A stretch of 55,835 nt of DNA from Promethearchaeia archaeon (GTDB taxonomy: Archaea > Asgardarchaeota > Lokiarchaeia > Sigyniarchaeales > SOKP01): assembly GCA_046483985.1 (NCBI GenBank), contig JAWOCD010000034.1, positions 1 to 55,835 of the forward strand. The letters are read 5' to 3'. The translations under genes were made by a program, and so were the position numbers. The notes under the pieces were generated by a model. It searched no databases, had not been told where the DNA came from, and saw only the letters and a program-made list of their open reading frames with translations. Of the stretch, positions 9,745-17,953 are shown in pieces. The number at the start of each line of letters is the position of its first letter. The first letter of the stretch is position 1.

Positions 9745-10055
9745 GAGCGCTACAGTTTTTGCTTGAATTGCCTAAGAAAGTTTCCAGAAGATGTTGTTTT
9801 CTGTGTGATAAAAGTGATATTTTTGAAGTTAATCGAATCTTAGATGGGCATATGTGTATTATGGCCAATGACCCCTTATCTACTATGTGTGTAGGGCCTC
9901 CTAACGATGTAAAGAAGTATTGTAAAAAATGTTTGCAGAGCTGAAACCGGGCGGGGGATTCATTAATTGCTCCGCCCTTGGAATCCCGGATGAGGCGAAG
10001 CCCGAAAATGTCCGAGCTCTGATTGATTATACACGGGAACACGGCACTTATAACT
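9745..10055 (+). pseudogene. C-terminal fragment of a uroporphyrinogen decarboxylase/MtaA-family gene
   Basis: KSDIFEVNRILDGHMCIMAN...VKKYCKK, frameshift near 9928, then ELKPGGGFI...IPDEAKPENVRALIDYTREHGTY. Confidence 0.75.
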
Positions 10056-10060
10056 GGAAT

Positions 10061-10738
10061 TTAGAAAGATTCGGGGTCAATCATGGGCACCACGAATATT
10101 TCCCATACCGGTTTACTGTCTAAATTTACTTTTTTAACGGCTTTTTTTAACTGGCGATGATAGGTCTCTGGAATATTGCCTACAATATCTACCTCCTCTC
10201 CTTGGCTAACACGTTCTATTAACGGCAAACACCATTTTTGTGGGACCTTTGCATAGAGCGCTTCAATTAATACTAATTTCTGGTACAATTCTTCCGACTG
10301 TTCCCCGTATTTATCAATGATTTGGTCAATATCGTCCCAAAAATCGTTAAAAATCTCCGTCTTATATTGACAATTTGCTGCTTGCTCTTTTAGTTCCTCC
10401 TCGTATTCATTTTCAAATCGGGTCACGATCTCTTTGGCTAAACCGCTTAACACAGGCTCTGTGGAAGGGCCAAGTGGAATTTGATAATCAATGATTAATA
10501 CGGAAAACACATATTCTCCCGAACTGAATCGAGCTTCCAAGGAACCAGATCGTATTAGGGATACCCCATCGGGAAAATCTAACTCTTGGGCAAAGTTGTT
10601 AATCGCCGTGAGGAAGCCGGACATTAGTTGGTCCTTTCCAGTCTGCCCGAACTCGATGATAGAATATTTATATAATAATATTCCGGCGTCTTTTGCAATA
10701 ATATAAACCCGAACTGGGTTCATCATTTGTTCTTCCAT
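10061..10738 (-). CDS. Longin-like domain protein
   Basis: VYII..AGILLY...LMSGFLTAINNFAQEL...FSVLI pattern of Asgard longin domains. Confidence 0.65.
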   Translation of the reverse strand: MEEQMMNPVRVYIIAKDAGILLYKYSIIEFGQTGKDQLMSGFLTAINNFAQELDFPDGVSLIRSGSLEARFSSGEYVFSVLIIDYQIPLGPSTEPVLSGLAKEIVTRFENEYEEELKEQAANCQYKTEIFNDFWDDIDQIIDKYGEQSEELYQKLVLIEALYAKVPQKWCLPLIERVSQGEEVDIVGNIPETYHRQLKKAVKKVNLDSKPVWEIFVVPMIDPESF

Positions 10739-10854
10739 AGATAGTCACTTTTTTAGATTTTTTCACATTAACTATTTCAGAATCCTCTTGATTATTTCTT
10801 AATTCTAAGACAATTAAGAATTTTTGCTTTTCATTTTCATTAATCTTAAATTTT

Positions 10855-10885
10855 GAAATCACGCCTTTAGGCGTGAGTAGTTCAA
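10855..10885 (+). mobile_element. IS200/IS605 right-end relic
   Basis: GAAA-TCACGCC-TTTA-GGCGTGA-GTAG-TTCAA. Confidence 0.7.
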
Positions 10886-10941
10886 TTCCCGTTTTAAAAA
10901 AAGAATAACGCCGAGAAAGAAAAGAAAATATGTTAAAAAGG

Positions 10942-12087
10942 TTATTCCCTTACTCGTGGAGGGGGGACATAGACGGTTCGCTGACCTTCAAGCATTGAAA
11001 TTGCCCCTTCTGGACATCCTCGGGCACAAATCCCGCATCCAATGCAATAATCTGCTTTTCGGTCTGCCTTCTGTTCATCATTCAGTGAAATCGCCCCAAC
11101 AGGACAATTTGATACGCATGTACCACAGCCAACACAAAGGTCTTGATTGATTTGAGATAGATAATTAGTCGCATTAACCATGGGAGTTGCACCATTTCGC
11201 CAAAGATCAAAGGTTCCGCAACAATCCTTACAACAATTGCACAAACTAGTCTCGTCTCGCTCTATTTTTCCATGGGGATGATAAGCCTTATGTACTAAAT
11301 TAGCCTCTTCACATTCTTTAATGATTTTTTTTGCCTCTTCTTTTGAAATTAATCGCCCAAACCCTTGTGATGAGACGAAACGAGCCGATTTGCCGAAGGT
11401 AAAGCAACATTCATCTGGCGGATCTTGTTCACATTCGTCCCCTAATAATTGCTTATGTTGTCGACAAAAGCAATGAGCCACGGCAATATCTTCGAATTTA
11501 TCTATGATTTTTTCCACATTCTGCACGGGAAGGACCTGTTCCGCGGGGGTGTCAAGTTCTTCATTCACTTCAATTGTAATTTCCTCTCCGCTGCCCGTTT
11601 CCTCAAGATTCGGCACTGTTCGGTCAATAGGAGGCATCTGTCGAAAGACTGGAACCATTTGATCATATCGTTCTTGGACTACATCACGTACTTCATCGAA
11701 TAATCGTTCAAAAAGCTTTGCTATCTTCTTTTCCTTTTCCGTATATTCAATTTTATCCATAAACGTATACTCGAATACTCCCACCATCATTAGGGGTAGT
11801 ATCCTGTAAATCATAAGGCCCGAAGAACTTTCGGAAATAAACACGGCACCTTTTTTTGCTAAAGATTCGATATTTTTCTGGATCTCCCTTTCGGGCATTC
11901 CACTATACTTTTTTAGTTGTTCCATTGTTAGAGATGGACGCTTTCGGAACGCTTTATTTATAAAATTTACTTCCTCTTCGGTATATAAAAGATCCATGAT
12001 TTCTAATAAGGTTTCGGTAACGGGAAACGGCAGCATCCCAGCTTTAATGATAATCCTTGCTGCTTTTTTATATTTTTTTTCTGACAT
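10942..12087 (-). CDS. 4Fe-4S dicluster protein with N-terminal HTH-like domain
   Basis: CFCR, CNCCKDCC, two CxxCxxCxxxCP motifs. Confidence 0.85.
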   Translation of the reverse strand: MSEKKYKKAARIIIKAGMLPFPVTETLLEIMDLLYTEEEVNFINKAFRKRPSLTMEQLKKYSGMPEREIQKNIESLAKKGAVFISESSSGLMIYRILPLMMVGVFEYTFMDKIEYTEKEKKIAKLFERLFDEVRDVVQERYDQMVPVFRQMPPIDRTVPNLEETGSGEEITIEVNEELDTPAEQVLPVQNVEKIIDKFEDIAVAHCFCRQHKQLLGDECEQDPPDECCFTFGKSARFVSSQGFGRLISKEEAKKIIKECEEANLVHKAYHPHGKIERDETSLCNCCKDCCGTFDLWRNGATPMVNATNYLSQINQDLCVGCGTCVSNCPVGAISLNDEQKADRKADYCIGCGICARGCPEGAISMLEGQRTVYVPPPRVRE

Positions 12088-12525
12088 TTTACTTCACTTT
12101 TTCTATTTTAGATAAATGATATATGAGTCTATCTATAAAGATATAAGAATAATTTATTTTTGAAAATTGTTATTTTTAGACCGACGGAAATCTCAATTAT
12201 GGATGGAAGAATTTCGTCGCCATTTTTCGTTCACGAGGCGGGAATATCTGATATCCTTTCTCTTCCGCAAGCGGAGGGAAGACCTTCTTGATAAATCGAA
12301 TCTTTTTGCTTAAATTCCAATATAATCATAGTAACCATTAATACTCTTTATATTCTTTAATTAAAGCTAATATTTAAGGGTTAGGGACGAGAATGTCAGA
12401 GAAAAAAGGAAGTCTAATCAGATCAATAAATTATGACGAATGTACAGTTATTAACGTCCTCTATCTCTTTTTTATGAAAAGGGAAATAGTCAAATTATAT
12501 TATATGAACTGATAGGTCATAAGAC

Positions 12526-12565
12526 CCGACATAAATCTGTTTGCCATAATTATAATTTATGTCGG
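12526..12565. repeat. 11-bp inverted repeat, intergenic
   Basis: CCGACATAAAT / ATTTATGTCGG. Confidence 0.6.
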
Positions 12566-12784
12566 CATAAAATAATAAAAATTCAAAAATAAGTTAAGCT
12601 TTTAAAATTATAGATAGACTCATATGGTTTTAGTAGGTTTTTATTATTTTTAACTTATAGCGAATCCGGTGAAGGATTTTCCACATAATTGAAACCAAAA
12701 AAAGATTAAATCGATAAAAATAAAGAAAAAAAGAGAAATGTATTTTTAAATTATATTTTGAAATAGTGAGAGACATCAAAAACT

Positions 12785-13816
12785 TTATTTGACAATATTT
12801 GCTCGTTCTTTTAACAGTTCTTCGGCATCTCCTACAATCTCGTTGACAATATCAGAAACTTTTTTGATTTGGTCAATCATTCCGATACTTTGTCCTAATA
12901 ATACGGCACCCTCTTCGATATTTCCATCATAGGTCATTTCATAGTGCTTTTGATCTTCGATTAATGCCTCTGGTGTAAGCTTTTCCTCTAAGGACATCTT
13001 TTCCTCCTTACTCTGAACTAACCCATGACTTTCTGCATATTTATTTTTCCATAATCGAATGGGCCCTAAGAATCCAGTGACAAGAACTGTGTCTTTTGCA
13101 GTCGCGTCTGGAACAATATTCTTATATTTTTCATGAAATTCACTTTCCTCTGACGCAATGAATCGAGACCCCATGGCAACAGCACCTGCACCCATAACTA
13201 ATGCTGCAGCTAACCCTTCACCGCTTGCGAACCCACCACACATAATGGTTGGGACATCGGGATATTTTTGTCTTACTTGTTGAGCCAATACTAAAGTACT
13301 TATTTTTTCATAAGATTGATGCCCTCCACCTTCGGTTCCTGTAATAACTAATCCATCAACACCGGAATCTACACATTTATCAGCCAACCATAATGCGGGA
13401 GCAACATGAAAATGCTTGATATCGGATTTCTCTTTTAGTTCCTTGAAACGCCTACTTCTTCCCAACATCTTGGGAGATCCTGCACTAGTGACTACATATT
13501 TGCATTGTTCCATGATTTTAGGGTTCTTCATGATAAACTTCGGTACCTTTCGACATAAGCTCGGTGCATCTGGCTGCATACGAGCAGTTCTGATATTAAA
13601 ACCAAAAGGTTTATCTGTATGTTCTACCACATATTTCATGTTTTTTTTCATTTCTTCAAAACTGCTCTTTTTATATAAATTTGTATGGCTTAACACACCC
13701 ATTCCGCCGGCTTCTGAAACCGCAACCGTTAATTCAGTTGTATAAAACGGTCCCATTGGGGCAGCAATAATTGGATGTTCAATATCTAACATTTTTGTAA
13801 CATTCGTTTCGATCAT
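12785..13816 (-). CDS. Nitronate monooxygenase / FabK-like FMN oxidoreductase
   Basis: PIIAAPMG, AVSEAGGMG, GTEGGGH, AMGSRF..S.ES. Confidence 0.88.
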   Translation of the reverse strand: MIETNVTKMLDIEHPIIAAPMGPFYTTELTVAVSEAGGMGVLSHTNLYKKSSFEEMKKNMKYVVEHTDKPFGFNIRTARMQPDAPSLCRKVPKFIMKNPKIMEQCKYVVTSAGSPKMLGRSRRFKELKEKSDIKHFHVAPALWLADKCVDSGVDGLVITGTEGGGHQSYEKISTLVLAQQVRQKYPDVPTIMCGGFASGEGLAAALVMGAGAVAMGSRFIASEESEFHEKYKNIVPDATAKDTVLVTGFLGPIRLWKNKYAESHGLVQSKEEKMSLEEKLTPEALIEDQKHYEMTYDGNIEEGAVLLGQSIGMIDQIKKVSDIVNEIVGDAEELLKERANIVK

Positions 13817-14124
13817 ATTCTTTTTACCTAATTTTAGTTTTTGTATGTTTATTTTTCGTTTTAATTCTTATTAATTTTTTAAGAGTGAATGAAGATTCAT
13901 TTCACTTGAAATTGAAAAAATTTGATTTTATATAAATGTTTACATTAGAATTCAGAGAAGGTTATATCCAAATAAAGATAACTATCAAGATTCAATTTTG
14001 CTATAATTATGCAAAAGAATACCCCGAAGAAGTCGATTCTAAACAGATTGAAACGGATTAATTCAATTAGTGGAGTCATAAAAAAATAATTTAAAGAAAA
14101 AAACAAGATTTGGAATTTCTGATT

Positions 14125-15741
14125 TTAAGATTCTGCTTTTGTTTTCATGACGCGATTTAATCCTTGAATGAGAGCCAAAACCGAACTCATGACAACATCC
14201 TCATGAGTAGCACTTGTTCGAACCACATAATTGGTTTCCAAGTCCATGATTTCAATGGTCACGTTTCCCAATGCTTCTGTGCCTCCAGTGACGGCATCGA
14301 TATTATATTCTAAGAGTTTAATCTTACTCATCGGCTCGAAACATTTTACAATCGCTTTAACAGACGCATCCACCGGACCAACTCCTACAGAGGAAGCCAC
14401 TTTTGCCACAAACTCTCCATTATCCCTGATCTTTAACCGTACTGTAGATGTAGGTGTGATAGAACCAGTTAGAACTGTCAATTCATCGAGAATGACATAT
14501 CGTTCTTCTTCTGGTAATTCTCCCATCACATCCTTTACAATAGCTAAGAAATCTTCTTCCATCACTTCGTGCCCTTTATCTCCGAATCGTTTCACGCTTT
14601 CAATAATTTTTTGGAATTGTTGCTCGGTGGTTTCTATTCCGAGATCATCTAATTTCGCCTTTAATGCATGACCGCCAGTATGTTTCCCTAATTTGATTGA
14701 CTGCTTAATGATTTCTTCCACATTATCGCTCCGCTTGATACCAATCAACTCAGGAGTAATTGGTTCGTATGCGCGGGCGTTCTGGATCATAGCATGGGCA
14801 TGAATTCCGGATTCGTGTGCAAACGCATTTTGTCCGATAAGTGGCTGTAACCGTCCGATTTTAATCTTCCCTCCGCAGAAACTTTCGACGATTTTTGCGG
14901 TAGGAAATATCCGTCGCGTATTTATATTCATTGGTAATTGATATAATGCGTATAATGACATTGCCGTCTCCTCGAAGGAAGCATTTCCAGCTCGTTCTCC
15001 AATCCCCATAATGGTGGTTTGGGCTTCGGCAGCGCCGTTTTCAAAGCCGGCTATTGTATTTGCAACGGCTAATCCAAAATCGTTGTGGCAATGTACGGCA
15101 ATTCGTACATCTTTTGGTAAAGCCTCGTAGATTCTTCCCACCGTGTACCCAAATGCTTTCGGTACGATAGTTCCCACTGTGTCTGGAATATTCACGCGTG
15201 TTGCTCCATGTTCTACAGCAGTTTGGTTTGCTTCGATGAGAAAATCTAAATCCGATCGGGTTGCATCTTCGGCTGAAAAGAGAACGGTTTCATAATGATC
15301 TTTTGCATATGAGACCATTTCGGATATTTGAACCAATACTTCTTGACGGGTCATTTTTAATTTGGATTTCATATGTAAATCCGAGGTGGCGATAAATACA
15401 TGGATACTGTCCATATCGGCTTCAATGACTTTATCAATGTCTAACTTTTTCATACGGGCTAACCCCATAACTTCTAAGTCTAAACCTAATTTAGAAATAT
15501 CCTTGCATGCCTTAAAATCTCCTTCAGATACCACCGGGAATCCAGCTTCAATAATATCGATTCCCAATTGGTCCAATGCTCTCGCAATGGCAAGTTTCTC
15601 TTCATCGGTGAAGCTAATCCCCGGTGTTTGCTCGCCATCACGCAACGTGGTGTCAAAAAAGTAGGCTCTTTCGGGAAGATTGATACTCTCCCTCATGTGT
15701 TCCATCATTTTTGACACGTTTATTTCGCTTTTTTCCGACAT
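14125..15741 (-). CDS. leuA: 2-isopropylmalate synthase (LeuA/CimA family)
   Basis: DTTLRDGEQ, HCHND, GERAGN, HESGIH, C-terminal regulatory domain (GVGPVDA); the Leu-only upstream leader favours LeuA over CimA. Confidence 0.85.
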   Translation of the reverse strand: MSEKSEINVSKMMEHMRESINLPERAYFFDTTLRDGEQTPGISFTDEEKLAIARALDQLGIDIIEAGFPVVSEGDFKACKDISKLGLDLEVMGLARMKKLDIDKVIEADMDSIHVFIATSDLHMKSKLKMTRQEVLVQISEMVSYAKDHYETVLFSAEDATRSDLDFLIEANQTAVEHGATRVNIPDTVGTIVPKAFGYTVGRIYEALPKDVRIAVHCHNDFGLAVANTIAGFENGAAEAQTTIMGIGERAGNASFEETAMSLYALYQLPMNINTRRIFPTAKIVESFCGGKIKIGRLQPLIGQNAFAHESGIHAHAMIQNARAYEPITPELIGIKRSDNVEEIIKQSIKLGKHTGGHALKAKLDDLGIETTEQQFQKIIESVKRFGDKGHEVMEEDFLAIVKDVMGELPEEERYVILDELTVLTGSITPTSTVRLKIRDNGEFVAKVASSVGVGPVDASVKAIVKCFEPMSKIKLLEYNIDAVTGGTEALGNVTIEIMDLETNYVVRTSATHEDVVMSSVLALIQGLNRVMKTKAES

Positions 15742-15781
15742 TTTCTTTTAACCTATTTTAGATTGTTTAATTTTTGAAAAT

Positions 15782-15837
15782 CGCTTCCCTTGTTCGTCGG
15801 GGATGAGAATGCTCCACACCGAAAAACAAAAGAAGCG
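15782..15837 (-). promoter_or_regulatory. 56-nt hairpin in the leuA 5' leader
   Basis: CGCUUCUUUUGUUUUUCGG...CCGACGAACAAGGGAAGCG; about 19 pairs including G-U; starts 3 nt after the leader stop codon. Confidence 0.75.
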
Positions 15838-15840
15838 TGT

Positions 15841-15936
15841 TTATAATAATAAAAGTAGAGATAATAAGCTTAATAATAACAATCCTAATGGTAACTCTTG
15901 CTCAAGACCGAGCGAATATGAGTTTTTCTCGTTCAT
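15841..15936 (-). CDS. Leucine-rich leader peptide, MNEKNSYSLGLEQELPLGLLLLSLLSLLLLL (31 aa)
   Basis: ATG with AAGGA 7 nt upstream; 15/31 Leu, 11 of the last 13 codons; same strand as leuA and 99 nt upstream of it. Confidence 0.8.
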   Translation of the reverse strand: MNEKNSYSLGLEQELPLGLLLLSLLSLLLLL

Positions 15937-15974
15937 TTCAGTTTCCTTTAGAATTGCAATTATTGTTAATTATT

Positions 15975-15982
15975 AATATAAA
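15975..15982 (-). promoter_or_regulatory. Candidate TATA box of the leader-leuA transcript
   Basis: TTTATATT about 40 nt upstream of the leader ATG; weak evidence in an AT-rich background. Confidence 0.35.
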
Positions 15983-16177
15983 TCGATGGAAAGTTAAAAA
16001 TTTTATTCATCAAATTTTGGAAAAAATTTCCATGCTCTATTGAGGGATTAATTCATAGTAAGTAAGGAAATAAAGCAGCAAAACTCATAATGAATAATTA
16101 ATAATGCGTTAGTTTTTAATCTTAGAAGTTATGATATAAAATATGCAATGACATAACTACATTATGGGTGGTTAAAT

Positions 16178-16774
16178 ATGCCAAACAAAAAAAAGTTAGA
16201 AAATTTTATAGATGGTATCTGGATAGTAGAAATTGCATCTGGAATCTGTATTTTTGAAGAAATTTATGAAGAAATGACAAAACAAGGGATCTCAACAGAT
16301 TTGATTTTAAATTTTCTTTCTGCATTAGTTAATTTTGCTGATGAAGTGTTTGTGGGAGAAATAAAACATATAAAGCTGTCAAACCATAAGATCTTTTTTG
16401 ATTTTTTAGAGCACATCATGTTAATAACATCTCTATCTGACGAGATAGACATTGAGGAAAAGAAAGTAAATTTATTGATAAAGAGAATCGGTAAACAATT
16501 TAATTTAAAGTATGGGTACTTATATGACCAAGAATTCTGGTATATAGATGTTGAGAAGTTTGATTCATTTTCTGCAGAATTAAGAGAGATTTTAAATAAA
16601 GAACCAAAATCAATTAAAATGATACATAATTTGGATTTTACGGAAAAAATAAAGAAATTAAATGAATCAATTGATAAGGAAACTATTAGATTTATGAAAA
16701 GAAAACAAAAACTTGAAAAAGCTTATGAAAAAACTATAAAAAAATTAGAATCTAAAAAGGAAAAGCAGATTTAA
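16178..16774 (+). CDS. Longin-like domain protein with C-terminal coiled coil
   Basis: IWIV..SGICIFE...DLILNFLSALVNFADEV..GEIKHIKL. Confidence 0.65.
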   Translation: MPNKKKLENFIDGIWIVEIASGICIFEEIYEEMTKQGISTDLILNFLSALVNFADEVFVGEIKHIKLSNHKIFFDFLEHIMLITSLSDEIDIEEKKVNLLIKRIGKQFNLKYGYLYDQEFWYIDVEKFDSFSAELREILNKEPKSIKMIHNLDFTEKIKKLNESIDKETIRFMKRKQKLEKAYEKTIKKLESKKEKQI

Positions 16775-16824
16775 TAGTTGTTAATAAAGAGTTTTATTTC
16801 TTCATAAATCTATGTTCTATAATA

Positions 16825-16936
16825 ACCAGAGAAAGTTTCGCAAAAAATAACCTAAAGGATGGAGATGAATATTGTCTAATGTACTGAACCGCATTGGTGA
16901 ATATGAATCACGCGCCTTCAGGCGTGAGTCGTTCAA
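16825..16936 (+). mobile_element. Degenerate IS200/IS605 miniature element; left boundary uncertain
   Basis: Right end GAATCACGCGCC-TTCA-GGCGTGAGTCG-TTCAA; decayed left-end-like GAGAAAG...AGGATGGAGATGAA upstream. Confidence 0.6.
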
Positions 16937-17161
16937 ATTACCAAAATCTAAACAAAACATCTACATATCTCTGTTTTTCGCTTTTTTTTGCAAATATTCC
17001 TGGGATTATAGCGTATATATTTACGGTTCTTTTCTATTCTCGATATGAAGAACAATAGTCAATCTCATTATTATGCTAATAAAACTTAAACATAGTTTTT
17101 AAATACAAATTAATTATCTATTATGTATTAAATTTAACAGACTAATAAACGAGATACAAAA

Positions 17162-17947
17162 ATGGCTTTAGTGAGTGTTCGGGGATTAAAAAAATATTTC
17201 GAGAGTGTGAAAGCAGTTGATGGTATCTCCTTTGATATTCGAAAAGGTGAAGTCTTTGGGCTCTTAGGTCCAAATGGGGCGGGAAAAACCACCACAATCA
17301 AGCTTTTACTTGGGTTGCTCGAACCTTTAGAGGGGTATATTGATGTTCTGGGGTATGAAACGCTGCGAAATGATGTAAAAATTAAAGAAAGGGTTGGATA
17401 TGTCGCCGAAGAATCGTTAATTTTTCGATCATTAACCCCCCGAGACCTCTTTAATTTTATTGTTTCTATACGAGGAATCGACGAACAAGAAGCTGAAAAG
17501 AGAGTTAAGGAATATCTCGAGAGCTTAGATGCTGAACAATACTATGATAAAATAATTGAAACCCTTTCGCAAGGAAATAAGCAAAAGATACAAATAATTG
17601 CCGCAATCCTTCATAATCCAGATCTTCTCATCCTTGACGAACCTCTTGCAGGATTAGATGCAAAATCTGCACGAGTTGTTAAAGAAATTATAGATCTCCA
17701 TATAAAGGATCAAGGTGCAGTTTTATTTTCCACCCACATAATGGAGGTTGCCGAAAGAATCTGCGATAGGATAGCAATTATTAATAAAGGAAAAATAGTT
17801 GCAATAGGCACAATGGAAGAACTGAGGGAGAAATCGGATAAACTTGGAGCAAATTTGGAAGAAGTCTTCCTTAAACTTACCGAACAAAATGAATCGGTAA
17901 ATAAAATTATAAAAAAATTGAAAAAATCATCCAATAATAAAATGTGA
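17162..17947 (+). CDS. ABC transporter ATP-binding protein
   Basis: GPNGAGKT, LSQG, LILDEP, STH. Confidence 0.95.
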   Translation: MALVSVRGLKKYFESVKAVDGISFDIRKGEVFGLLGPNGAGKTTTIKLLLGLLEPLEGYIDVLGYETLRNDVKIKERVGYVAEESLIFRSLTPRDLFNFIVSIRGIDEQEAEKRVKEYLESLDAEQYYDKIIETLSQGNKQKIQIIAAILHNPDLLILDEPLAGLDAKSARVVKEIIDLHIKDQGAVLFSTHIMEVAERICDRIAIINKGKIVAIGTMEELREKSDKLGANLEEVFLKLTEQNESVNKIIKKLKKSSNNKM

Positions 17948-17953
17948 TTTCAA

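Noticed and set aside
14020-14055. CRISPR-repeat-like ending GATTGAAAC (ATTGAAAC also near 12690)
   Set aside because: Isolated copies with no regular spacing
15837-16043. 68-aa plus-strand ORF (MFIIIKVEII...)
   Set aside because: Antisense shadow of the Leu leader; its Ile run mirrors the TTA codons
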